Assembly (NCBI GenBank): GCA_965235115.1
Contig: OZ249436.1
Location: 10,602,001-10,666,000, forward strand
From: Laetmonice hystrix
Lineage: Eukaryota
Direction: 5' to 3'
Length of the DNA: 64,000 nucleotides
Within the stretch, counting starts at the first letter, position 1, and each line of letters opens with the position of its first letter. Under the pieces are notes generated by a model that saw nothing but the letters and a program-made list of their open reading frames with translations, did no database searches and was not told the DNA's origin. Both the position numbers and the translations under genes were made by a program. This document shows, one piece after another, positions 36,401 to 48,500 of the stretch.

Positions 36401-39400
36401 ATACTGATGCCTCATATTAACTGTACGCGATATATAAAGTTTTTCTTCAATCTGGCCAAACAAATGCCACAGGTTACAGCAAATTTAGTCTCGTTGGTTA
36501 CAGACAGTACCTCAAAGAATGTCTTGCCAAATCGCCTGCCATGGGCACGTGAACTTTTTATGAACTCGTCGACTCCCGCTATTGTGTTTTGAGTTTCCAT
36601 TTCTTTTTTTTCTGGCAATTGCGAGTTGCGATGTCTCTGATGCCCAATTTGCGAGTGATTTGTTTTGGTGCGCGCGCTCGCGTCAAAATAGTTTTTGGGT
36701 GGGTTTCCATCGGAGTTCACGTTTCACGTGTCACGGCTCACGTTTCACGCGTGAACAGAAAAATGTACCAGTCATTTTCAAAGTGCAGGTTCCATAGTTG
36801 TTCACGTGTCACTCTTCACCCTCATGTCACGAGTCACGCGTCAATCAATGATCGAGCTGGCTCGTTTTCTCTGACGTGAAACGTCAACGTGAACTTGGTG
36901 GAACCCGTCAAGAAAGTGAACCGTCAAGCGTGACACGTGAACTCTATGGAAACCCAGCCTGAGATATTGCAGTAATTTCCACCAGACGCGCGCGCGCACA
37001 TCAAGGGAAAATTACTACTTTTGACCGTAACGCTTCTTAGTCAACCATAAACATTCCAATAAAGTTCATGACGGCAAGTGATTTGATTTTATACCAGACA
37101 AATAAAGTCGACAAATATCGGTGATTAAGCCTGATATAGTGAAGGTCACGCTTCCACTTCTGTGACCTTTACGCGCCCCATGCCCTGGTCTCGGCTTCCT
37201 CAACATTTTGACTTGCGAGTGACTGGTCCGATTTTTACAATAGGTCAGGTAGCGGCGGCTGAGACACGACCATATAATCTGTACCTGAAGTAGCCACATC
37301 ATCCTGTCACCGAGTGAGAGACCTTGAACACTCTCTAAGGCAAACTGCATAATGATTACCTCTTATGCAACCTCCTTCTGCAGACTCTCATCTGAACCAT
37401 TTCTTTTTTATTGCAGCTGAGATGAACGGGGGCAATGACCTTCGGGCCAGGCCAACAATGGCCGACGGATAGTATATTAGATCATAAACATTCCAGTGCA
37501 CATGTCGAGGAGTTTCAGAGGACTTCTTGACCCTAGGAGCCCGTAGATGTGAGAAACCTTTGCAGAAAAACACAACAACACCTTCGGCGACACATTGATA
37601 GCTTTTTTATGAAGTTTAAATTGGCAAAAGACATTCACATCAGTGCATACCGGCATCCAAAAGTGTTCTTACATTGGAACCGCATGACAATTGCTCTAAC
37701 TGCCAGGTTCTTGAGATACTTCTATGGGGCAGTTGCCATAAAAATTGTACTAAGAATAGGGGCAATAAGCATTTCAATGTTTTTCTACCAGATTTTTGCT
37801 ACTCTGCCCGTAGCTTTGAGTCTAAAGAAGTAAAAAACGGTACAAAATCCACAATATCTTTTGTCTGTAAAGTAAACTTCTAAATGCTAAAATGGTACGA
37901 CCACCTCTTCTATTTAAAAAAATGACAAATGATTAATGAGTAATAATAAATTGTAACAATAAATCACCTGTTAAGTTTATTTTCTATACTATTACTCATA
38001 TATTCCTTTGTTTGAGCAATATATGTTCAGATATAATATATTGGGACAATGGGTTGATCTTGTTACGAGATCTTTTATAAAGGTTGAGTCTGAGAAAGGA
38101 CGGGTCGGACCTACTGGTATACCTGAACCACCATTCCACTACCACTTCTGGTCTCCTGGGCATATCTGAGCGGTCTAGGTCCGTTAGTCCGACAGCCCAA
38201 TAGTCCGACAGCCCACTTTGGCTGTCGGACAAATGGTCTGTCGGACCAATGGGAAAATATAACTAACCCTAAACCTAACCTTAACTCTAACCCATAGGGT
38301 GTCGGACCAATGGGCTCTCGGACCAATGGGCTGTCGGACCAATTGGCCCACACCAATCTGGGCACCTGATTGGTGCCAACAGAGAACCTAAGTGCCAACA
38401 GAGAACATATCAAAGAGAATCAGGTGGGAGGAGGAACTGAATATCCGCACTAACGGTAATGCTTGTAAAGATTCTCCGATCTTTTCTTGATCCAAAGGGT
38501 AACTTATTCAAAACTTTCTGCAGTTATAAGTTTTTCTGATAAAAAGACAGTCAAATATAAGGTTCTTAAGTTAAAGGCAAAAAGATTTGCCTCTTTTTGT
38601 GGAATGCTGTGATTAAGAAGAAGCAGGCTGATGCAAAAACACAGGCTGCTTTCCTTGATTTAGTGACTCTTCCCTCAGTATTTCCGAATTAACCTCAGCT
38701 GGTTTACTTGGAAATGCCTGCTACAGAAACGGACGTATGTTTCTAGGAAATGGCCATTTTACCCGATGACCTGCGTATCGCGCCCATGTGAGAGGCCAAT
38801 CACTCAGTGATGAAGCCTGGCTCCGTGTCAGAATTGATACTGATTAGGCTCCACACACACTAGATGACAGAAACTGGGTGCGCATTCATCGGCTGATATG
38901 TCAGTGCGCGGTGGCGTGATATTTCCAGACACTATTTGAAAGTTAACTCTGATGTCACAGACGCTAAACAAGATTACAGGAACCGACAAAACATCTGGTT
39001 TTCACACTGCGCTATACAGTTCTTTCTAAAATTGATGGTGGAGAGGCAAGACTAGTAGTAGGCCTGGTCTAAGGCACAGACAAGTTCTGTTTTTTTTTTT
39101 TTGTTTTTTTTTGGGTGGGGGGGTGGGGGGGGGGGGGGGGTGGAGGCTGAACACGGGGGGAATTTCCTTTATCTAAGAGCTACATAACTTTTTTTCAGTC
39201 GCTTTGAAATTGAGTCAAATTTTTCCGATGTGCTCTATAGCCCCATCACCACCACCACGAAGCTAGTGCCGCCAATTTCCCAACTGAACTGATGCATACG
39301 TTTTCGTGACGAGTTATATTTTTGTATAGAATTCATGCCGTCATCGAGTAACCATTACTTTTTAAGCAGGGTCGTCCCACTTCTTTGTTCGCAAAATCTA

Positions 39401-39490
39401 TATATCGTGAGCTGACAGAAATAAAATACCTTGTCACTGTAAGATGGTGAGCGGGAAGGGTTTTAATCTAATAAAATGTCGGGAAGACAG

Positions 39491-39524
<34 letters not shown>

Positions 39525-42500
39525 GCGAGGGCCCAATGCCGGTTGTTGTCCACTTTTTGTGCACGTTCTTGTCTTGTGATGCAACTGGACTTCACCAATG
39601 GCTAGTTATGCAATAAAATCTCAGTTGCATCGATTATTACGCATTTATTAGGCAAAGCCAAGCAGGACGATTGAAAAGTCTGTGATACTGATCATCTGAC
39701 GCAAGCAGTTTATTTCTTATATTGCTCACGCCAGTGATTTCGTGCGATGTGAACTCGTTTGCATGTACAAAACACATGTAAAAGATGCAAACACAATAAC
39801 ACTGAATATACGGCATCAATAATTCCTTTAACTATCGGTAAAATACGGTGTTAGGCACGTCGGTTTATTTTTCCACTTTTGTTTCAAACAGACATCAATC
39901 AACTCATTAGCTGAATGTAACTTAATTGTCCAATGTAGAGTTCTCTGAGTGGATGCAGAGACAGACGATGGGAATGATCAGGCCCAGGTTAAGTGTACTT
40001 GTTTGGATCATTATCGTGGCTGGTCATGATGCTGCAGGCCAATACTGCAGCTAATCTCCTAGTCACACAGCGTTAATGATCCATGGCATTCATCCGTCTG
40101 ATCTAGATCAGAACGAAACTAGATCAATCCTTGTCATGCTATAGCCCAGACAGATTAACACTTCAGTCCCCACCTGCATCTATTGTTTGGCCCAAGTTTG
40201 TAACTCAGCCGAGGTTACTATTTTTTAATCTATCTGGACCAGTGTCTGCCCCAAGGCCACTGTGTTGTGTCGGTACTGGTGGCACCCTAGACGGCAGCCT
40301 CCTGGCATTCCGTGATCTAATGCCAGCCTGCAGAGTTACAAGTAACTATTGGAAAGGTTATATTCTGCTACGTGTGGCCTCAGGGGAGCCGCCATCATCC
40401 AGGCCAGTGTATTGCCATCAGCCGCGTGCAGTCCATATTCCATCTACTCTAATAAGTCCTTGTTAGGACTTCCGAATCAGTTGGACATCACCAACAGCAA
40501 GTAACCCGTTGGTTAACTAGAAACTTGACGCTCTCCATCACCGATGGTCGGTTGCCGCCTAGAAGGCCCCACGGCGACTCGGAGGAAGCAATCAGGGAAG
40601 GCCCAGTCTACCGAGCGACGCTCGGCCATTTACCTACCTCCTCCACCAATCAGGAATCGATCTGGGCCAGACAGATCCATCGCAGCAAGATGATAGTGTT
40701 ATCAGGTTGGATAATTGCAGTAAATTAATCCCCAGTCATGCATCGCTTCCGAAGTGCTTCACCATAGATACAGGCAGGCCACGGTCATTCACCCCAAAGA
40801 TGATTGGTTTCTTCCCCAAGCCCAATACAGCACTGCAATTGAAAAGACTTTAGATATTTTCGAAATCCCCGCTCTCAGATGGGATCTGTGACTTTATTAA
40901 GTCACCCAGAAACCGTCTGTGTTAACCAGTATTTGACGACCAATAATGTTTAAAAACTTTTCCATATCTGCCTCTTTTCAAATTGAGATTGGATTTTGTT
41001 TGTGCTGTTTTTATTTTTGCGAAAATATGTCATCTCCACTAGGCTCAACACGACGTATCCCACATACGTTACCGAGTCAATCATGTAAATATGTCATCTC
41101 CACTAGGCTCAACACGACGTATCCCACATACGTTACCGAGTCAATCATGTAAATGTGTCATCTCCACTAGGCTCAACACGACGTATCCCACATACGTTAC
41201 CGAGTCAATCATGTAAATGTGTCATCTCCACTAGGCTCAACACGACGTATATCCCACATACGTTACCGAGTCAATCATGTTTCTCTCAATCAGCAGGGGA
41301 CAGTTATCACGAACGGAGTGCCCGGGGAGGGGGGGGTTCTCTAATTGTAGGGGGAGTTTCATACAAATAAATCTAACTTAATAATAATTGGGGAAACCAA
41401 TGACAATTTTTAGTGTGAAAGGTCGATCTCCCACACCTGGCTCAACACCGGCGACGTGATGGTTCCTGTCGCTCCGACTGTCTTCTTTTGCATTTCTCCC
41501 TAGAGGATTGGTAATAAACGTTGCCTTGTTTTCATAAATTTAAACTGCGCGAATTTAAGAATACCTTGAAGTAAAAATGCGCGAAAATGCGCGAAAATAA
41601 ATAACCCAGTACCTTCGAGCTCAATGCTCTCCTGCGACGAATTTCTACTTTGGGAGGAACAAAATCAAAGAAAGCTCATCCCTGATGACGTATTTAAGAT
41701 ATTTAAGAAAAAAACACGTTTCATGCATACACAACAAAACTTTGTACGTACATGTAAGTTCAAGAAATGCTTTCAAGTCACCTGAAGTAATACATAGGGG
41801 CGGATCTGCGGGGGGTTGGTGGGTGGGTGGGGGGGGGGGGGGAGATGCGGGTTGCAACCTCACCGCTTATGAGCCTTTTTTTAAATCTTGCAATTTCTAT
41901 CTTTTTTTCGCTATAAAGATCGAACCAAAACATCTACACCCCCCCTCCCCCGCGTTACCAACACCGGAACTGACTTGATGCTTATACAATCCCAAAGCTG
42001 CCATGATTCTGGGGGAGTTGTGTCTCATTGAAGTCTGAAAGAAGCATTCGGTATCACGCTGGGATAACCAGAGCGGCGACTCATCCTCATGTCTGTCTAA
42101 CACACAGACTTATAGAACACACTAAATCTCAGTACAAAATGGCCATCAGAAATTTACCATGTACCCCCAGTACACATTATAATCAAAGAACGTCTACTGA
42201 TATCAGTCGACGTTCTTTGTTATAATTACAGACAACTGAGAAAAGGAGGTGAGCAAACAAAATCAGCATGCAGCAGTAGGTAGAGATATAATATCGTGTA
42301 CCAGACACACGGACAACACATTTTTGGCCAGGTGCCATCCATATTCTCGGAATTACTAATACCTCCTAGCGAAGCAGGGCCAAACCAAGCGACACTGACT
42401 CGGCCGATACTGACCACTGGCCCCATTCCAATCAATTACTCATTTCAAGTGGATAGTGATCGACTACCCATCACATAGTCTCAAAAATGGGTGGGGAAAT

Positions 42501-45500
42501 AGCTTGAGGGTAAGGCGGGTGTGTTTAGTAACAAGATAAAATATTCTCGTGAGGGCAAAAGTTATGTTTTTGTTAATCTGGAAAATCAATGCAACTTTCC
42601 AGACTAATTCTGAAAATTAATTATTTTCACAGCACCATACAAATGATTATGACTGCAACATGTTATGTTTGACATATTGTAGTTTTTTTTCTGTTTCTGA
42701 AAAAACTATAGCGTAGTAAGGGCTGTCAATTGTATACCGGTATCTGATATAGAATTAAAGAATTTGTGGTGAAATCTCGTGCCAAATCAGGTGTCCTTAG
42801 TGCACTGAGTCATCGAAACCCCCACTCTGATGTATATATTTTTATGTAAGTAATTTAACAAACTTAGACACATCATAGGCGGCGTCCATCAATTGCATAT
42901 ATTAGTACTTGGTACACACATAAACGATTCCAACCTTTGCCTTTGGTCAAACTCGTGTTTTTGAATCATCTAAGACCCGCCTTGATATGGGACATTTAAA
43001 GTTCAAAGTTCTCAACAGTTACTGGCAGTATTTTATGTGAGGCAGTGAAATGTCAAAATTGAAGGAATACAAGTAAGATTGAAGTTACTGACAGTGTATA
43101 TAAAATTTAATAACAATAATGTCTGAAGACCAATTTGATATTCTGCTGGCATGATGAAGTGTTAGTACGAGTGGTTAACAAACGTGGAAGAGTTTTTTTT
43201 CTATGTGAAGGTCAATCCATGAAAGTAAAGATGATAAATACTAACACGTTTTGGATACAAAACAACATCAAAGAGAAGTACACGACCATGGCTTGGAGTT
43301 GACATCCATGAAACAACCCCGACTCTAAAAAATGCTTACATGGGAAACTTTCTTGGAACCGATGGCTCAGACTGCGTTACCTTCATTTTATGACCATTAA
43401 AATGGCTATGAACTTTCCGGGGACATTATTATTCCTCTCCTTGTTTAAATACTGACCTCCTTTGATATTTTTTACTTCAATTTCTATTTAAGGCTGAAAG
43501 ATATACACACTTATCTCCTGTATATTACCAGTACCAAATAAATCACTTCAAACACTTCATTAGCTGTATGTCTTAAAGTGACTAGACCAAGAACGTTTCT
43601 ATATATATATCTGTACTGTCTGAGACAGGGCGATATCAATTCTGATTAACTTAGCTGAGAGGCAGACTGGCATACCAGATCACCTCAATCTCGGTCAGGT
43701 GTCACTTCATGACAACTGCCCTAATTTACCCACCTGCAAATATATGAATAAGTTCCCAGATTCATCAGAAAAGCAACAGAAGGCCAAGCATGCAATGAAA
43801 GTGATATCATCACGACATTCTACAACAAGCTCCGCCAAGCAGGATATTGTAAATATAACATGATCATCAAACAAGTCGGGCTGTCGTGCCACCCGGCCAT
43901 CATCCTTGTTGGGCTTGTTGACAAGAGTCGGCTGATTGTCAGCAATGCCAGTTGGCCACTACCTATTGTCTGAATGGGATGTAGCCGTACCAGGAACCGG
44001 CATTTTTCCAAACTAGGCTCACCTACACATCCGTATTCTGTGAATCTCCATCAAACTTGCAATGGTGAAAAAACCCATCAATACCAGTAATTAGAGCTAC
44101 TTTACCCATAGCTTCAGTCCCTTTGTTGAATGAAGTTTATTTGTTAACCTAAACCAAAAGGACGCCTACTTCCTACTCTCAAAATTCTTCACTCTACTTT
44201 CCAATTTCTGGATTTAGACAGTGTTCCATATGACTTACCAAACCCCAACCCCGTTTCCTATTTTACAGGACCATATATACAACCCTAAAATTTAAAAAAC
44301 ATATAAAAATAAACAGAGTAGAGCCATCAAACGTGAATTGTATGACTCCATGTAAGAAACAATCTTTTACCATTCATATCCCAGAGAAAAAGATTTTCAA
44401 TTTATGAATACAAACACTGTTGACATACATTCTATAAACTTGTTGAATTTAAAAGGATTTACCTTCTCCTGGATTTCAATCTTTGGGATCGTCTGCAGCG
44501 CAGTAAACTTGACATCGGAACGCTGGCATACTGTCGCAGAGAAGGCCCTGCATCAAGGAAAAAGAAAAAGAAAACACATCTTTCAAGTAATAATTATAAC
44601 AAAAGTATCTGCTCAATGCACATCCATGCATCAAATTATAACATGATTGAATATATGTAGTTTACGACTGGTACCATTACGGTGTTACGATTGTAGATGA
44701 ATGGCAAACTGTAAAACATTCTTAAGCGGCATGTTCTTAGAACTCTAAGTCATATGGGGCAGAGAATTGGATTTTTCTTCCATGATAGGCATTAGATCAG
44801 GACATATTCAAGAGATGATACAGGGAAATTAAGAGGAAAACTGACTACCAGTAGTATATACAAGTTCCTTAATTGATATGTGATACATGGGTTGACTTTT
44901 TCAATGATCTAGTTAAAATGTAAAAACTAAAAAAAGCTGTGCAAAAGCTACAAGGAAACCTGACCTACAACTATTTTTTTGACAGTCCTAATCAGAATAT
45001 CAGTTTATCATGGATTTTGTTTAAATAGAAAAAGTTTATGGTACCCTGTTTAGTTCTCGGAACACAGTTCCTCCAGGATGTAACAATCCATCAAACACCG
45101 TGAAATGTACAAAAACCATGTGCAGCCAATCGGTCTTAACCATGTGTTTTATACTCTGTGTGTGGTCGTTTGGCTAACACCTATCAAAATCATTAATAAT
45201 CCATCTCATTTGACTCATAGCAGTACGTAGCTTTTAAAAACCAACAGATAAGGTTATCATGTCAGAAATAATCAGTATATATATTCCAATCTGTGGCAAT
45301 GAAAAACGCTATGATGATGAGGAACGCATGTGCATGATTTTTACAACCAATTTAATTTAAAGTTGAAAAGCTGACTATTGCATTATTTCCAGTCAGCAAG
45401 AAATCACAACCAAACTGGCACCAGTTGATTTTTTTCTTGACTACTCTTTAAGCAAACGATTTTTGGTTAGCAAGAAAACCGACCCCATTAAACTAAAGAG

Positions 45501-48500
45501 ACACTTGGAATAGCCATAAACTAACCCAAAGATACAACATTTTAATCACTGAATTATAAATACAACAGCTTCATCAAAGGCCGGCCATGTCTCGATACAT
45601 CTATGTTGAGGGGCAAGTTAAAGATCCCTTGGCCTCTATTGAATCGAGTAGGGGTTCGCCCCGGTGTGCACGTTTCTTCCTATCATCTCGATTCTCCTCA
45701 TTATCACCCAATGGATTTCACCGACTCAGTTAGTTAACCTTGTTGTCGCCTTAGTATAGCTGAAATACTGCTGACTGGGCGTTAAACACCAACTACTCAC
45801 TCATTCTCTCTTTATGAACAGCAGGTTTACCATTGAGATTGGTTGTTATCTGGGGTGTGTAGGTGGATGTACTTATCTACTGGGATCTGATTAAAACAAA
45901 CTTGTACTTTTCCTTCAAAGTGTATCAATTTGGAGCAAATTTCCTGGCCCATTCCTGCCTATAACTCTATACTTGCAGCACATGAAGTACATCCTAACTT
46001 GGATGTACTGCGCTGTAACGTGCTGTGCTAGCACAGTAATACAATAGATCAACAGTGATGTTCCATTATGTAAATATGTAATTTCAGGGCTAACATTATT
46101 AATTAATTAAACCTTTAAGTACATGTATGTGATGAGAAAACATTAAATAATTTGTAAAGGGGTACAATTATTATATTCTTAGACCCAGTATGCTGGGAAA
46201 TTGTTTGAACCGCTAAAACCGAAGTGGGTTGATGAATGTGAATCCAAATAAATGAGCGTTTTTGAGGCAGTGTATGACTTATGATGTACACATAACAACA
46301 GCCATATATCTGTATAAAAACTGCAGTGGTGCTTGTTGCCTCAGGCTCCATCTGGTGGCAAACTAGTGAACTATGTGCCAATAATTTAACTGAGGTAGTA
46401 CTCCTGGTAGTGAGTAACAATGCCAATGTATGGGGAAGAATCACATCCCTGTAACAGTATGCAGGTAACCCAGTTCACTTCAGAATATCCGGAAACAGAA
46501 AATTGGATAGCAGTCTACTGGAATCGTACCCTGGCCCCAAGATTACTGCAGCCATTCACATCTTTAGCAATAAGGTATCAATGCTCATGCCCACTTGGCC
46601 AGCGCCAGCCATAAAAAGGACGCTTTGGTGGTGTCTTTGTACTGTTTGATGTATATTGTATTTGTAGTTGAATTCTAGATCGACGTTTTTAGATTGGCGG
46701 TTACAACTTCAGATCACCTCGATTACCTAGACTGCAGCACTGGAGGCACACCTGCAGTGCGGGGTGTACATGTGTGTTGACTGTAATTCACGTCAAGTTC
46801 CATGGTATGGCCAGTTTCGGTGGGCTTCTATAGTCTTATTTTTGTATATTTAACAGGGGTGGAAATTGGGGGAAATCACCTACTAGCCAGCAGGGCTAGA
46901 AAGGGGGTAGAAATGTAACTAGCCCTGCTGTAAATGAATTAGCCAGCAGGGCGAGTTCACGTGAAGGGTTACTCGCCATCCACGTGACCACTGCCCAGCC
47001 ATTCAACCCACAGAAATCTGTACAGTCGAAGGTGCTACCTTGTGGCTCTAGAAGGTCTGGAATTGGGCAACTGGAGAACTTAGAACCTACTGAACATTCT
47101 AAGTTCTCTGCCCAGTAGTATCATGTCGACTGCCATTGTGGGGGCAGGCGATTGCAGGAAAAAAATCACTCTCCCAATAATTTTAGACAAATCACCAGCA
47201 GGGCGACCTGAATGGTCAGACAAGGTCGCCCAACAGAGGTTTAACTCACCACGGGCGAGCGGGCGAGCGTTAATTTTCACCCCTGTTTAACCAAAAATAA
47301 GTGTTGATATCGACGCTGTAAAGTACCAATGTGTGAGTGAAAAACATTAAGGGCATCCTTTCAATTCTTCTTATTGGTAAATCAATTACATTACCGGTAC
47401 TAACAGTTAAATTTTAAACAGGAACCGTCATTGATGTGTTAAAATGTGGAATAGTGGCATACACATGTCTTATTTAATGCACATAATACATTCCAGGCTG
47501 CTCACGGGGGAAAAAAATTTCCACACGCACTTTATAGCCTTTCTTTTGCAAAATGAACACAGAAAGGTTCAAATTGCGCGCGAATTATGTTAATGAGGTT
47601 TTGACGTCAAATCGAGAACACTAAGTCTTGCCGAGAGGAAAATGGCGGCCACAGTGGTAAACACGAGTGAGGATAGTGCACTCCTCCTCCTCGTTTAGGT
47701 CCTTGTCTAACTTTGAAGATTTTGTGCTACCGTACCAGAGTAGCAGGATAAGACTGAAGTCAGTAAAGATTATCACCAACAACAGGCAGAACCACTGCAG
47801 TTTGGGCCGTACATCACGGTTCGAACCTGATCGAGGCCGGTGGATGGGGCAGTGTAACTGACTGACGCAGTGACGGGGGAGGGGGAGGGGGCATGGCCGG
47901 ACTAGTCTGTCAACTGCATGCAGTTGCTGACGGGGCCTGTCCACCAAGTCCACCAAATAGCGGAAATTACACAAATTCTGATTGCTCTTTCGATCAGATA
48001 ACAAGTTTAAGAATTGTCACCAGTCAGCATGAAATCATCGCCGATGACGATGCGTTTCCATGCTTTGTTTACAAACACCGACCGATCCGTGGCCACACAC
48101 ACACTGAGTCTGAGTGAAACGGGAATGGTAGGGTGGAAACAGACCACTAACTAATGCCAAACTTGGGCGAAATTGATGTAAATCGAGATTTAATTGACAT
48201 CCATGACCATGGCCCATAGAGTAGGCTACTATATAGACGAGATCTAGGCTTTTCGTGACAACTAGATCTAGGCCTAGAGGTAAACGGTGGCGGATCCTGA
48301 CTGTCACTCAGTCTCAGGTAGCTTGAGCGGCAGTCATTGCTTTGTTTGCGGCTGTTCGCGGCTTCCGACGGTCACCCTCGCAGCTACACTGCCGTTACAG
48401 TCAGGCATGAGCTACAGTCAGGCTGCCATGGTGAGTTTGTCTTGACTTTGGGTCCGCCCCTCCTACAGACCTATAAAGATTAGGTTAAACCCAACTTGTA

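Noticed and set aside
39970-40900. Possible CR1/L2 ORF2 5' relic (PHD-like and endonuclease-like fragments)
   Set aside because: The resemblance needs many frameshifts and is too weak to support by eye.
35594-41280. The two minisatellites as possible CRISPR arrays
   Set aside because: Units are contiguous near-identical copies with no unique spacers; eukaryotic intron; no cas genes.
43680-44000. Cys/His-containing frames suggesting a SWIM or transposase fragment
   Set aside because: Motif spacing is not convincing.
46515-46612. tRNA gene
   Set aside because: A/B boxes are present, but I could not fold an acceptor or anticodon stem; treated as a SINE head.
47641-47697. AAAATGGCGGCC start resembling a first exon on +
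   Set aside because: Stops after 18 codons and lies inside the THAP/Kolobok-like relic.
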